Assembly (NCBI GenBank): GCA_964019335.1
Contig: OZ025683.1
Span: 496,001 to 560,000 of the forward strand
Origin: Diplonema japonicum
Taxonomy: Eukaryota; Protista; Euglenozoa: Diplonemea
Length of the DNA stretch: 64,000 nt
Reading direction: 5' to 3'
Shown here: positions 14,501-26,200 of the stretch, one piece after another
How positions within the stretch are numbered: position 1 is the stretch's first letter
Layout: each line of letters opens with the position of its first letter
Made by a program: the position numbers and the translations under genes
Notes under the pieces: model-generated
Told to the model about the DNA's origin: nothing
What the model saw: only the letters and a program-made list of their open reading frames with translations
The model's database searches: none

Positions 14501-17065
14501 CTTCTCAGTCATGCCCCAGGACAGATCGGATGATATAAAAGCTGCCATTAGGCAGGACCTCGCTGAACTGTATGGTGTTGATGTCACTGCTGTGACCCAG
14601 ATCTTCTCTGTGGACTCGAGGACAGGGGGCACCCTTGCTAAGCACAAGATCGACATGACTGGAGTGAACAACCCCACAACAGTCCAAAGCGCGCTTGCAT
14701 CCAAGATAACCTCACGCTCCATCCAACTCACGCGGGCAATGAACACATTGAGCAGCATGACCGCTTCCGTCGACTACGCCAACTCAGGGACGCCTGCGCT
14801 GCCCGGCGCTGTCCCAACCGATGAGATGATGCAGTTCTTTGTGAGCACTGCATCCGCAATCATTTCATCTGCGCCTCAAGGACCTGCTGTGTGGAACAGC
14901 ACACAAGATCAGGACGCAGCACTTAGGTCAGAACCAGAGCGTGGTCGAGTGAACTACGCATTGCGGAAGCAGTTGGACTGCTTATACAAGATTATTGACG
15001 TTCACTGCAAAGAGCTGCTGAAGTCCGTGACAACAAGTAGAGTTGACAGCAGGGTGCTGAGGTCCACCACTCCCGCTTTCACAACTGAGTGGAGAGCTGT
15101 GGTTGGAGCAGCAGGCGGCCCCCTCGTAACGGCCCTGCCTTATGGGAAGGGCAATGTATCCCTGACCAGCGAGCGTCCAACCTCTGATACGTGCCTGGTT
15201 TCAAGCGTTTATGCGAAATCTGCTTTCCTGTCTAACGGGCAGCCAGGGGTGACGCCCCAGCTGCCGATTGCCACCATCGTTGGCACAGGTCTCAGGGACA
15301 CCTCCGTCACGCTTCCCATCTCGCAGAGCAGTGACATAGCAATGATTGTGTGGAACAAGGCTAGCCTCGTGTGGCAGGCACCTCGCAAGGGAAGCCTCCA
15401 AGTCTCGTCTACGGACAGCACTCAGGGCGTTATGACATGGCCTTCCGGGACCACAACAGGAAGACAGGCAGCAATACTGCAGACAGCTCAGAATAACGAA
15501 GAACGCGTGCTAGCTGTATCTTTACAGCCACGCGAGAACAGCAACTTGTGCTTGGCGTGTGTGCTGCTGCCCGTGTTGTTTGGGCTGTGGGCACTGCTCG
15601 TAATCTCAGGACTCGTGCTGCACGAGAGAACCCTCCGGTTACAAGTGGATCTAACTGACAAGGAAATGCTGCTTCACAGTTTCAATCGCGAACCGACTTT
15701 CACGCTGATGACATTCAAGCACCACGCTTGGTTATGTTACTTCTTTGTGCGACCTACATACGTGCAGTACTACTCGCGAGCCGAGCGCGCCACTGTGTGG
15801 TTCTCTGTGTACTTCATAGCGACCGGCTTCGTAAGTTTCTTTTTCTCCTCCAACAAGGTTCAGGCGTGGGAACAACCGCCTGGGGTGAAGTACGTAGACG
15901 GGATAGGGGTATGTAAATATTTATCTGTTCCACGTTGCACAATACAGATCGGCTTCCTTTGCATGTTAGCAGGCTTCCTTCCTTCTGTTGGACTCAGATA
16001 CTTCTTAACCGCAAGAGAGAGGAACTGGCGTGCCCACGTACCAGGATCTATTCCAGAGGTTTTCAGAGTATGCGATAGCTTTCCACAGTTACCACTTTCA
16101 GGACGCTGACCTCGACGACACAGGATATGCTAACCCCAAGGCGCAAAGGCCCTCTTCACGCCTGCCTTACTATTTTCTTCATATCGTGCTGGTCATCGTC
16201 ATGGTGGCCTTGTTTGCTTTGCTTACAGATGCCTACAACACCTCCAACCAGATCGAGCAGGTATGTTGCCTTTTTATAATTCTAATTTCACCGTAAATTA
16301 CAGTATGTGTTTGCATTTTGTATCGCCATTGCTTGGCACTTCGTGGTTGAGTTTTTGTGGGTGCTTCTTATGTGGAAGTTCGAGATCCTCTATTGGAATG
16401 CACCCGACCACCCAAGGCGCAGATTGTTTGAGAAAGAAGAGAAAGTCGTTGTCGTCCTTCCTAGTTTTCACACTGGCGAGGTGCCATTGAAGCATGCAAA
16501 GACACGGCCGCACCCTGTACAGAGACTACCCCCGCAACCGCTGGACGACGTTCCCCTTTTGGAGGGTGACGATGATGGCGCAGCGTCTCTCAACGACGAC
16601 GAGGATGACGAGGACATGCGCAACAGGTTCGCTTATCCCGACATCGACGTGGGACCACCCGCGGAGAAAGAGGGAGTGGACTGGGACAAGATTGCCGCAA
16701 ACAAGCCTGTGAACAGGAGGCCCAATCATACGTTCGATCGGGAGGTGTCGGTGCTGCCGCCCTCCAGCACGTCGCCTAAGAGTCTTAGGAAGACAGGATT
16801 TGGTTTCGGGTCCCTCAGTAACCAGCATCGCAGCAGCAGCAAATACAGTGACCCCGACAAGCACCCACCCCTCTCATCTACCCCGCCTCTCTCCAACCCA
16901 CTGTCGTACGGCAGGGGCCGCGGCATCTCTCAAGGGCCTGCTGTGGAGCATTCTCAAGGCCCTATTATTGCGGCGTTGATGGATCACCATATAGAAGGCG
17001 AAGCACCGAAAGTCGACCAAAACGGCACCTCCCCTTTCTCTGATTCCGCCCCTTTTCTTGAGTAG
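2547..17065 (+). CDS. Giant polycystin-1/REJ-like multipass surface receptor (~4,800 aa); exons 2547-15908, 15948-16067, 16102-16260, 16304-17065
   Basis: Signal peptide; about 11 copies of a ~140-aa repeat (E-x-[DE]-[IV]-R-x-G...W...YDI); 7 G-x-Y-x-x-C-Y repeats; cadherin-like motifs (VNDPP, DNGG..GG.D); REJ-like PETGGIALETAF; degenerate GPS; TM1 followed by PKD1-type KHHAW...RP...YSRAER and further TMs. Removing introns of 39, 34 and 43 nt joins ORFs 2547, 16030 and 16307 in frame (14,403 nt). Confidence 0.8.
15909..16303 (+). other. Three tiny cis-introns: 15909-15947 (39 nt), 16068-16101 (34 nt), 16261-16303 (43 nt)
   Basis: All are GTATG...CAG. The second and third are required to restore the frame; the first is in-frame and stopless. 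Confidence 0.85.
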
Positions 17066-17204
17066 TATTAGACAGCTTTCTAGATCTGCCGTGCTTTACT
17101 GCACTCTTTTTCTTCTCCTTTTGTTTTGTTGCCAGTTTTAGTTTTTTGTTCCCACCTTGAGCGTGATATCTTTGTACGCCACACAGCTGGGCGGTGGATG
17201 CAGC

Positions 17205-20200
17205 ATGAGCGATGGGGATACAAATGAGCGAAGCCTGGAGGAGAAAGGCAAGGAGCTGTTCCTGAAGTCAAAGGTGCTCAAGAGTGAAGGTGTCGCGGAT
17301 GTAATCGGTACCTTGACACCATCGTATGACCTGGATGCCTACGTGGCCACGCTCGAGACAGAGCTCGACGATGCTCGCGTCCACATGCTGGAACTGGAGT
17401 CCTCGTTAGCGGAACGTGACGAAATCATCACCAAGTACCAGACCATCGTCGGCCAGCAGGGTTCGACGCCTGCCCACATGACCGCTTTGCAGGAGTGCGT
17501 CGCATTGGAGAATCAATGCCTCAACTTTAAGACTCGCCTTCTGCAGGGTGAGCTGACGTCCAGAAGCAATTCATCCCCTCATAGTGAGACGAGCGATGAC
17601 ATCAAGGAAAAGCTGGTCCTCTCAGAACTCACGTGCACCTCTCTCAAGACCGAAATTGTGCAGCTCCAGCAAGAACTCTCAGTTTATGAAGAAAAAGCAG
17701 AATCAGCAGAGGCTGTGCAGGCCGAGTTAGAAGCCCGGTTGCACGAAGCGCAGGAATCTGTACGGTCTTCCGAATCTGCACGGCAATCGTCGGCTCTCGA
17801 GACTAACGAGAGGGTGCACACCTTGGAGTCTCAGCTAGCGTCCATGCAAGACGTCCACGAGGTGAACGCACAACTTCAACAACAGCTCGACACCTTTCAC
17901 CAGAAGCAAATTGACAGCACTGAAGCACTAAAGCAAGATAATACCGAGCTGGAGGAACAGTTGAAGGAGCGAGGCGAGAAGATACTGCAGCTTGAGGCTG
18001 ACCTCGCTGCTTCTTCTGAGAATATCGTGTCGTTGAGGGCCACCGTTTTAGAAGAACAGGCGCGGACAGTGACCCAAGAAATCCAGGAAGCATCCCTCTC
18101 TGAAGAATCAAAAGATGTTGAGAATTGCAACAGCGAGTTGCAGAAAAGGATGGTGGATATCGAGGCAGAACTGGAACGCAGGACAAGAGAGTTCGACGAC
18201 CTGCAATCCGTTAACACAGAACTGCAGCAAGTGATTGACACAACAAAGGGAGAACTACAAGCGGCAAACGAAGAGCCCACAGCCTTGCGGCTGAAAATAA
18301 AAGAATTAGAAGAGCAGGTAAATCAAACCGAATGTGCTACGCCACTATGCGAACCACGTAAGGAGGGTTGGGGAGACGACAACTGGGGCAGTGAGGGTGA
18401 GAGTCCTGTACTCGAACCTGCACAGCCTACTACAACTGCAAATACTAAAGAAGCCACACAATCTGAAGGAGCACCCAATGCTGGATTCGAGCAGCGGATT
18501 TCTGAACTTGAAGAACAGCTGAAGGAACGAAGTGAAAAGGTGTCGCAGCTTGAGGCTGACCTTGCTTCTTCATCTGAGAAAGTAACAAGCTTTGAGAAGA
18601 CTTTGGAAGAAACACAGAAGTCCAACACCCAACTTCAGGAACAAGTGACGACAGTGACCGAGGAGCTTCAGCTTGCAAGGGAATCAGCTTCATCAAAGGA
18701 AGAACCGAAGCAAGAGGAAGGTGGCTGGGGTGATGATGGCTGGGGCAGTGATGGGAAGAGCCCTGCTCTTGAGCCGGTGGCACCCAGTGCTGCACTTGAA
18801 CAGCGGGTTTCTGAACTTGAAGAACAACTGAAGGAACGAGGTGAAAAGGTGTCAAAACTTGAGGCTGACCTTGCTTCTTCATCTGAGAAAGTCGTGAGCT
18901 TTGAGGCTACTTCAGCATCCTTGGAGGAACTTCAGAAGTCCAACACCCAACTACAGGAGCAAGTGGCGACAGTTACCAAGGAGCTTCAACTTGCACAGGA
19001 GACAACTCCCGTGAAGGAAGAACCAAAGCAAGAAGAAGGTGGCTGGGGTGATGATGGCTGGGGCAGTGATGGGAAGAGCCCTGCTTTGGAGCCGGCGGCA
19101 CCCAGTGCTGAACTTGAACAGCGGGTTTCTGAACTTGAAGAAGAGCTCAAAATGAAGCAGGCGGCATGCGATGACGCAGCCACCACCATCAGCGGGCTGG
19201 AGAGCAAGACAGCAGAACTCTATCACCTGCAGGAACTGAACTCTGAACTTCTGAAGCAGATTACGATGCATGAGGAACACCTTAAGGAACGAGGCGAGAA
19301 AGTGTCACAGCTTGAGGCTGACCTTGCTTCTTCATCTGAGAAAGTCGTGAGCTTTGAGGCCACTTCAGCATCCTTGGAGGAACTTCAGAAGTCCAACACC
19401 CAACTACAGGAGCAAGTGGCGACAGTTACCAAGGAGCTTCAACTTGCACAGGAGACAACTCCCGTGAAGGAAGAACCAAAGCAAGAAGAAGGTGGCTGGG
19501 GTGATGATGGCTGGGGCAGTGATGGGAAGAGCCCTGCTTTGGAGCCGGCGGCACCCAGTGCTGAACTTGAACAGCGGGTTTCTGAACTTGAAGAAGAGCT
19601 CAAAATGAAGCAGGCGGCATGCGATGACGCAGCCACCACCATCAGCGGGCTGGAGAGCAAGACAGCAGAACTCTATCACCTGCAGGAACTGAACTCTGAA
19701 CTTCTGAAGCAGATTACGATGCATGAGGAACACCTTAAGGAACGAGGCGAGAAAGTGTCACAGCTTGAGGCTGACCTTGCTTCTTCATCTGAGAAAGTCG
19801 TGAGCTTTGAGGCTACTTCAGCATCTTTGGAGGAACTTCAGAATGTTAATTCTAAATTAGAAGAACACCTGGAGACAGTGACCAAGGAGCTCCAGCTTGC
19901 AAAAGAAACGACCCCCGCGAAGGAAGAACCAAAGCAGGAAGAAGGCTGGGGTGATGATGGCTGGGGCAGCGAGGAGAAGAGTCCTCCTCTCGAACCTTCT
20001 GCTGTTGGGCAGAATGCAGAGCTCGAGGTGATGGTGTCGAAGCTGCAGGCTGACCTCTCCGCGAAGGTAGCGAGTTTAGAATCAATTACTGCTTCTTTGG
20101 AAGAAGTAGAGCAGGCAAAGGTTCAATTAGAGGAAGAGGTGACAGCAATGACACAAGAGTTGCAGTTTGTGCAGCCCATGAAACAAAAGATTGCCGAACT

Positions 20201-23200
20201 AGAAGAGCTGAACGATAAGCAGGCTGAGTTACTGGAACAGCGAAATGGAGAAACAGCAACACCGAAACAAGAAGCTGAAGACTCAGCGGAACGTCAGGAA
20301 GGCTGGGGGGACAACTGGGGCAGCGAAGGTGAAAGTCCTGCACTCGAACCTGCACAGCCAGCTACTACAGACCCCGAACAACTCTCAAAACCTCATGATG
20401 AGGAGAGATCTACTCTTGATCCGGCGGCACCCAGTGCTGAACTTGAACAGCGGATTTCTGAACTTGAAGAACAGCTGAAGGAACGAGGCGAAAAGGTGTC
20501 ACAGCTTGAGGCTGACCTTGCTTCTTCATCTGAGAAGGTCGCGAGCTTTGAGGCTACTTCAGCATCCTTGGAGGAACTTCAGAAGTCCAACACCCAACTA
20601 CAGGAGCAAGTGGCGACAGTTACCAAGGAGCTTCAACTTGCACAGGAGACAACTCCCGTGAAGGAAGAACCAAAGCAAGAAGAAGGTGGCTGGGGTGATG
20701 ATGGCTGGGGCAGTGATGGGAAGAGCCCTGCCCTTGAGCCAGGGACACCCAGTGCCGCACTTGAACAGCGGGTTTCTGAACTTGAAGAACAGCTGAAAGA
20801 AGAGCTCAAAATGAAGCAGGCGGCGTGCGAGGAGCTCAGTAACCTTGAGACACTGAACTCTGAGATGCAATTGCAAATCAAAGAACTCCGCGAGCAGGCA
20901 TCAGAGAAGACTAATAAGAGTGAGATATTCTTGCGATGCGAGTCGATAGAGGAAGAGCTAAAGGCAACAACAGGGAAGCTTGAGGCTTCTGGAATCTTGG
21001 TTACTGAGTTGCGACAAAAGATTGATGAAAAACAAAAAGAAGTGAAGAAGGCAGAAGAGAATCTGAGAGAAGCTTTGCAAGAAAAACGTGACTCTAATGC
21101 TGCAGCAGAAACAACGGCGCAACGATACGAAGCGAGCTTGCATGAAAACAACGAGATGCGGCGAGAGTTTGAAGCAAGCATCTCGAGTCTGGAGCGAAAA
21201 CTTGAGATGGCTGCGGAGAAGCTAACGGCTGTCGAAAGTGAAAAACAGACCACTGTTGCTGAGCGAGACGCTGCTGTAGCAGCACTCGCAAGTTGCAAAG
21301 AAGACATCCTCAGCAACGAAGTAGAGCGCACGAAGCAAGCGGACCTTGAAGCGAAGCTGCAGGCAATGGAAGAGGCCGCAAAGTCCAACAAAGAAGCAAT
21401 CGCCAATAGTGAGACGGAGCTCGGCAAAGTAGCAACATACAAGAAGCAGATCAGTTCACTAGAAGCTTTGTGTGAAAAATTGAAGGTCGGCGGAAGGAAG
21501 ATCAAAGAAGAGCGGGACCAGGAGAGAGAGAAAACCGCTTCCCTCTCCAGCACTGCTAATGACTTGCAGCGGAAGCTTCGGAGTATGGAAGCAGAGAAGG
21601 AGAATGCTTTGGAAGCTTCCTGTGCCGCACAAGGTGAACAAAGTAAGTTGCAAGAAGAGTTCGCTGCCATGGATTTACAGATGAAAGGCGAGCTCGCAGT
21701 GCTCACAGCAGCAGCTGCCAAGCAGAATGAGCTGTCGGCCGAGATGAAACTGCGTCTGGAAAAGAGTGAGGACAGGCTTCAGGAACTTCAGAATGAGAAG
21801 AATCAGCTGACCGAAGCCCTGACTCACCAACAGGAGAGCTACGAGAAATTGAAGGAGGCCGGCAAGAAGATGCGCCAGATGAAAGAAACGACAAAGGAAA
21901 AACTCGATGTCACAGCCCAGCAACTGCAAGAGAGTAATGCTAAGGTCGCAGCTCTCACACAGCAGCTTGACACATCGCAGATGACCAGGACTGAAGTGAT
22001 GCGTCTTGAGGGTGTCGTGAAAGAAGAAGCCTCAAAAGCCCACGAGATGCAACTCGCTTTAGACCAGGCGCACGCCAGATGTCTGGGGCTGGAAGCTAAA
22101 GTGACGGAGGCGGAAGCTCTCACAGAGCAGATAGAGACCATGAGCCAGAAAGCCACAGCATCCGAAAAGGAAAGGCAGGATCTAGAAGAGACGATGTCTA
22201 AATTGAAGCAAAGCTATGAGCAGATAAAGAACGCGGGCAAGAGGATGAAAGAAATGCGTGATGCCTTGAAAGACCAACTAAGCGACAAAGAGAAGGAGCT
22301 GGCAGCGGCAGCAAGCAGGACCGAGGTGTTGGAAAGCAGCTCAGAGGAACTGAAAGGACTTCGAACACAGGTGCAAGACGCCAAGTCTGAGCTGCAAGTC
22401 GCCCAGAATACCATTAGCATCATTCAGGGTACTGTTGAGCACTTGGAGGCCACTGTGCAGTCCACTCAGTCGTCACTGAAGAATGAACAGGACACCAACT
22501 CTACGCTGCAACAGCAGTTAACATCCCTGGCACAGGAGTTGCAGACCGCAAAAGAAGCTTCTCAAGAGTCGAGAGTATCACAGCTTGAGGCAGACCTCGC
22601 AAGTTCATCGGAGTCCTTGAAAAAAGAGCAGCAAGCCAACTCAGTGCTGGAGGACAAGTTAGCAGTGTTGGCACAGGAGCTACAGGCCACAAAGGAAACT
22701 GTGCGCACAGAAGAAGAGCTGCTGGAGAGCGAACACCAACAGATTACAAACCTCGAGGAACATCTTAAAGTGCAGCAGTCCGAGTGCGAATCAGCGGCGG
22801 AGAAATTATATCAGCTTGCCGAGCTCAGCAACAGAAACTCAGTTGTGGAACAGGAATTGAATGACATGAAAGCAAACTCAGAAGAGGTGCGGAAGACTAA
22901 CGTTCAACTGGAAGAACAAGTAGCGACGCTGACCAAAGAACTTCAGATTGCAAAGGAAGCACCACCCCCGAATAAACCGAAGCAAGGTGGCTGGGGTGAT
23001 GATGGCTGGGGCAGTGACGGGAAGAGCCCTGTTCTTGAGCCAGCAACACCCAGTGCTGGATTCGAGCAGCGGATTTCTGAACTTGAAGAACAGCTGAGGG
23101 AACGAAGTGAAAAGGTGTCGCAGCTTGAGGCTGACCTTGCTTCTTCATCTGAGAAAGTAACAAGCTTTGAGAAGACTTTGGAAGAAACACAGAAGTCCAA

Positions 23201-26200
23201 CACCCAACTTCAGGAACAAGTGACGACAGTGACCGAGGAGCTTCAGCTTGCAAGGGAATCAGCTTCATCAAAGGAAGAACCGAAGCAAGAGGAAGGTGGC
23301 TGGGGTGATGATGGCTGGGGCAGTGATGGGAAGAGCCCTGCTCTTGAGCCGGTGGCACCCAGTGCTGCACTTGAACAGCGGGTTTCTGAACTTGAAGAAC
23401 AACTGAAGGAACGAGGTGAAAAGGTGTCAAAACTTGAGGCTGACCTTGCTTCTTCATCTGAGAAAGTCGTGAGCTTTGAGGCTACTTCAGCATCCTTGGA
23501 GGAACTTCAGAAGTCCAACACCCAACTACAGGAGCAAGTGGCGACAGTTACCAAGGAGCTTCAACTTGCACAGGAGACAACTCCCGTGAAGGAAGAACCA
23601 AAGCAAGAAGAAGGTGGCTGGGGTGATGATGGCTGGGGCAGTGATGGGAAGAGCCCTGCTTTGGAGCCGGCGGCACCCAGTGCTGAACTTGAACAGCGGG
23701 TTTCTGAACTTGAAGAAGAGCTCAAAATGAAGCAGGCGGCATGCGATGACGCAGCCACCACCATCAGCGGGCTGGAGAGCAAGACAGCAGAACTCTATCA
23801 CCTGCAGGAACTGAACTCTGAACTTCTGAAGCAGATTACGATGCATGAGGAACACCTTAAGGAACGAGGCGAGAAAGTGTCACAGCTTGAGGCTGACCTT
23901 GCTTCTTCATCTGAGAAAGTCGTGAGCTTTGAGGCCACTTCAGCATCCTTGGAGGAACTTCAGAAGTCCAACACCCAACTACAGGAGCAAGTGACGACAG
24001 TTACCAAGGAGCTTCAACTTGCACAGGAGACAACTCCCGTGAAGGAAGAACCAAAGCAAGAAGAAGGTGGCTGGGGTGATGATGGCTGGGGCAGTGATGG
24101 GAAGAGCCCTGCTCTTGAGCCGGTGGCACCCAGTGCTGAACTTGAACAGCGGGTTTCTGAACTTGAAGAGCAGCTTAAGGAACGAAGTGAAAAGGTGTCA
24201 CAACTTGAGGCTGACCTTGCTTCTTCATCTGAGAAAGTCGTGAATTTTGAGGCTACTTCAGCATCCTTGGAGGAACTTCAGAAGTCCAACACCCAACTGA
24301 CCAAGGAGCTTCAACTTGCACAGGAGACAACTCCCGCGAAGGAAGAACCAAAGCAAGAAGAAGGTGGCTGGGGTGATGATGGCTGGGGCAGTGATGGGAA
24401 GAGCCCTGCTCTTGAGCCGGTGGCACCCAGTGCCGCACTTGAACAGCGGGTTTCTGAACTTGAAGAACAGCTGAAGGAACGAGGTGAAAAGGTGTCACAG
24501 CTTGAGGCCGACCTTGCTTCTTCATCTGAGAAGGTCGTGAGCTTTGAGGCTACTTCAGCATCCTTGGAGGAACTTCAGAATGTCAATTCTAAATTAGAAG
24601 AACACTTGGAGACAGTGACCAAGGAGCTCCAGCTTGCGAAGGAAACGACCCCCGCGAAGGAAGAACCAAAGCAGGAAGAAGGCTGGGGTGATGATGGCTG
24701 GGGCAGCGAGGGGAAGAGTCCTGTCCTTGAACCTACTTCAGCGGAGCAAGAGCTTGCAGCAAAAGTTGAGTCGCTTACGAAGGAACTAAAAATGATGACG
24801 AAAAAGGTGACGACTTCTGAAGGAAGAATCGAAATGCTGAAGAACGCAGGAAAGAAGATAAAAACGGAGCGGGATAGTTTGCGGGCACAACTGGAAGAGG
24901 TCCCGGTGCAGAATGACTCATCAAATGCAAGGCTTGTGGAGGAGCTCGCAGTGCTGCGCGAAGAAAACAAGAAGCTTCAAACAACCCACGAACCCAATGA
25001 CTGGAACGACTCGTGGGGCAGCCCGACAAGCCCTGCGAAAGATAAAGATTTCGAGCAGGCTTGGAACAAGGAGCGTGAAATGCTGACAGCAGCACTGGCA
25101 TCTCTCGGGACTGACATGGAGGAGAAGAATGAAATCATTGCCAAACTGAAGGAAGCAAAGACCATGTTGGAGAGTGACCACACATCAGCGACAAGCAGGC
25201 TGCAGACGTGCGAACATGAGCTGCAAGAGGTTAAGGCAAAGGTTAAATTCTTGGAGAGCGGGAAAGAGGGGGCAGAGCGGGAAGCAGTACAAATGAGGGA
25301 ACGATGCCACGAGCTAGAAGAGCACTCGAAGGCGATGCAAGACACCGACAGGAAGCAAGCACTGCAAACACGCATCGAGAGCTTGAAAGCAGCTTTGAGT
25401 TCGGCTGAGCAGGTCGTACGCGAGACAAAGGATTCTGAAAGGCAGATCCACGAGCGGCTCAACGCAACACTGGAGAGGAACAACGACACTGCATTGAGCG
25501 GGCTCCGTGGCGAGTTAGATATGGCTGCAATTGCTTTGACCGAGAAAGAGGAAGAGGTTCTAGCGCTGCGAGAAGCTTTAAAAAAGAAAAGCGAGTTACA
25601 CGAAGCACAAGCACGCGTGGCGCAGGGCACATCAGAATCCGCGAACAGTACAACTGATGTTATTTCAGAATTTGCCGTCACGGCGGACACAACCACCACG
25701 CAGACTGACATGAGTAATGGGAAGGACACAAATGGTTCGATGCTAAGCTACGAAGCACTCCTCGCCAGCCACGTGCAGGTCAAACAAGAATGCACCTTCC
25801 TTCGAGAAAAGCTGCAGCAGGCCTCCGCTGGCGCTGAACAGCTGGAAGACGCTGTCGACGCCAAAAACGAGCTCACGAATATCAACAAGATCCTTGAGCA
25901 GAAGTTAGCGGTTGCCAGCAAGAAATGCGACGAGTTGGACATGATCACCGCCGACTATGATGATGTATGCAGCACACAACACATACACACAAATGGACAG
26001 GTACGAGCTGACCTCACTGCGGAGACAGCACGTGCTGATGCTTTGAGCAAAGAAATCGAACGGTTGCAGACTCTCATCAACAAGCTCGAGAAGAAACATG
26101 AAGAAGAGTCAGTCACCGAGTTCGAAATACAGGTGTTTCAACAAATAAAAAAGAAGAAAAAAGCAACACCACAGTCGGCTAACAGCTCCCCCCACCCTGT

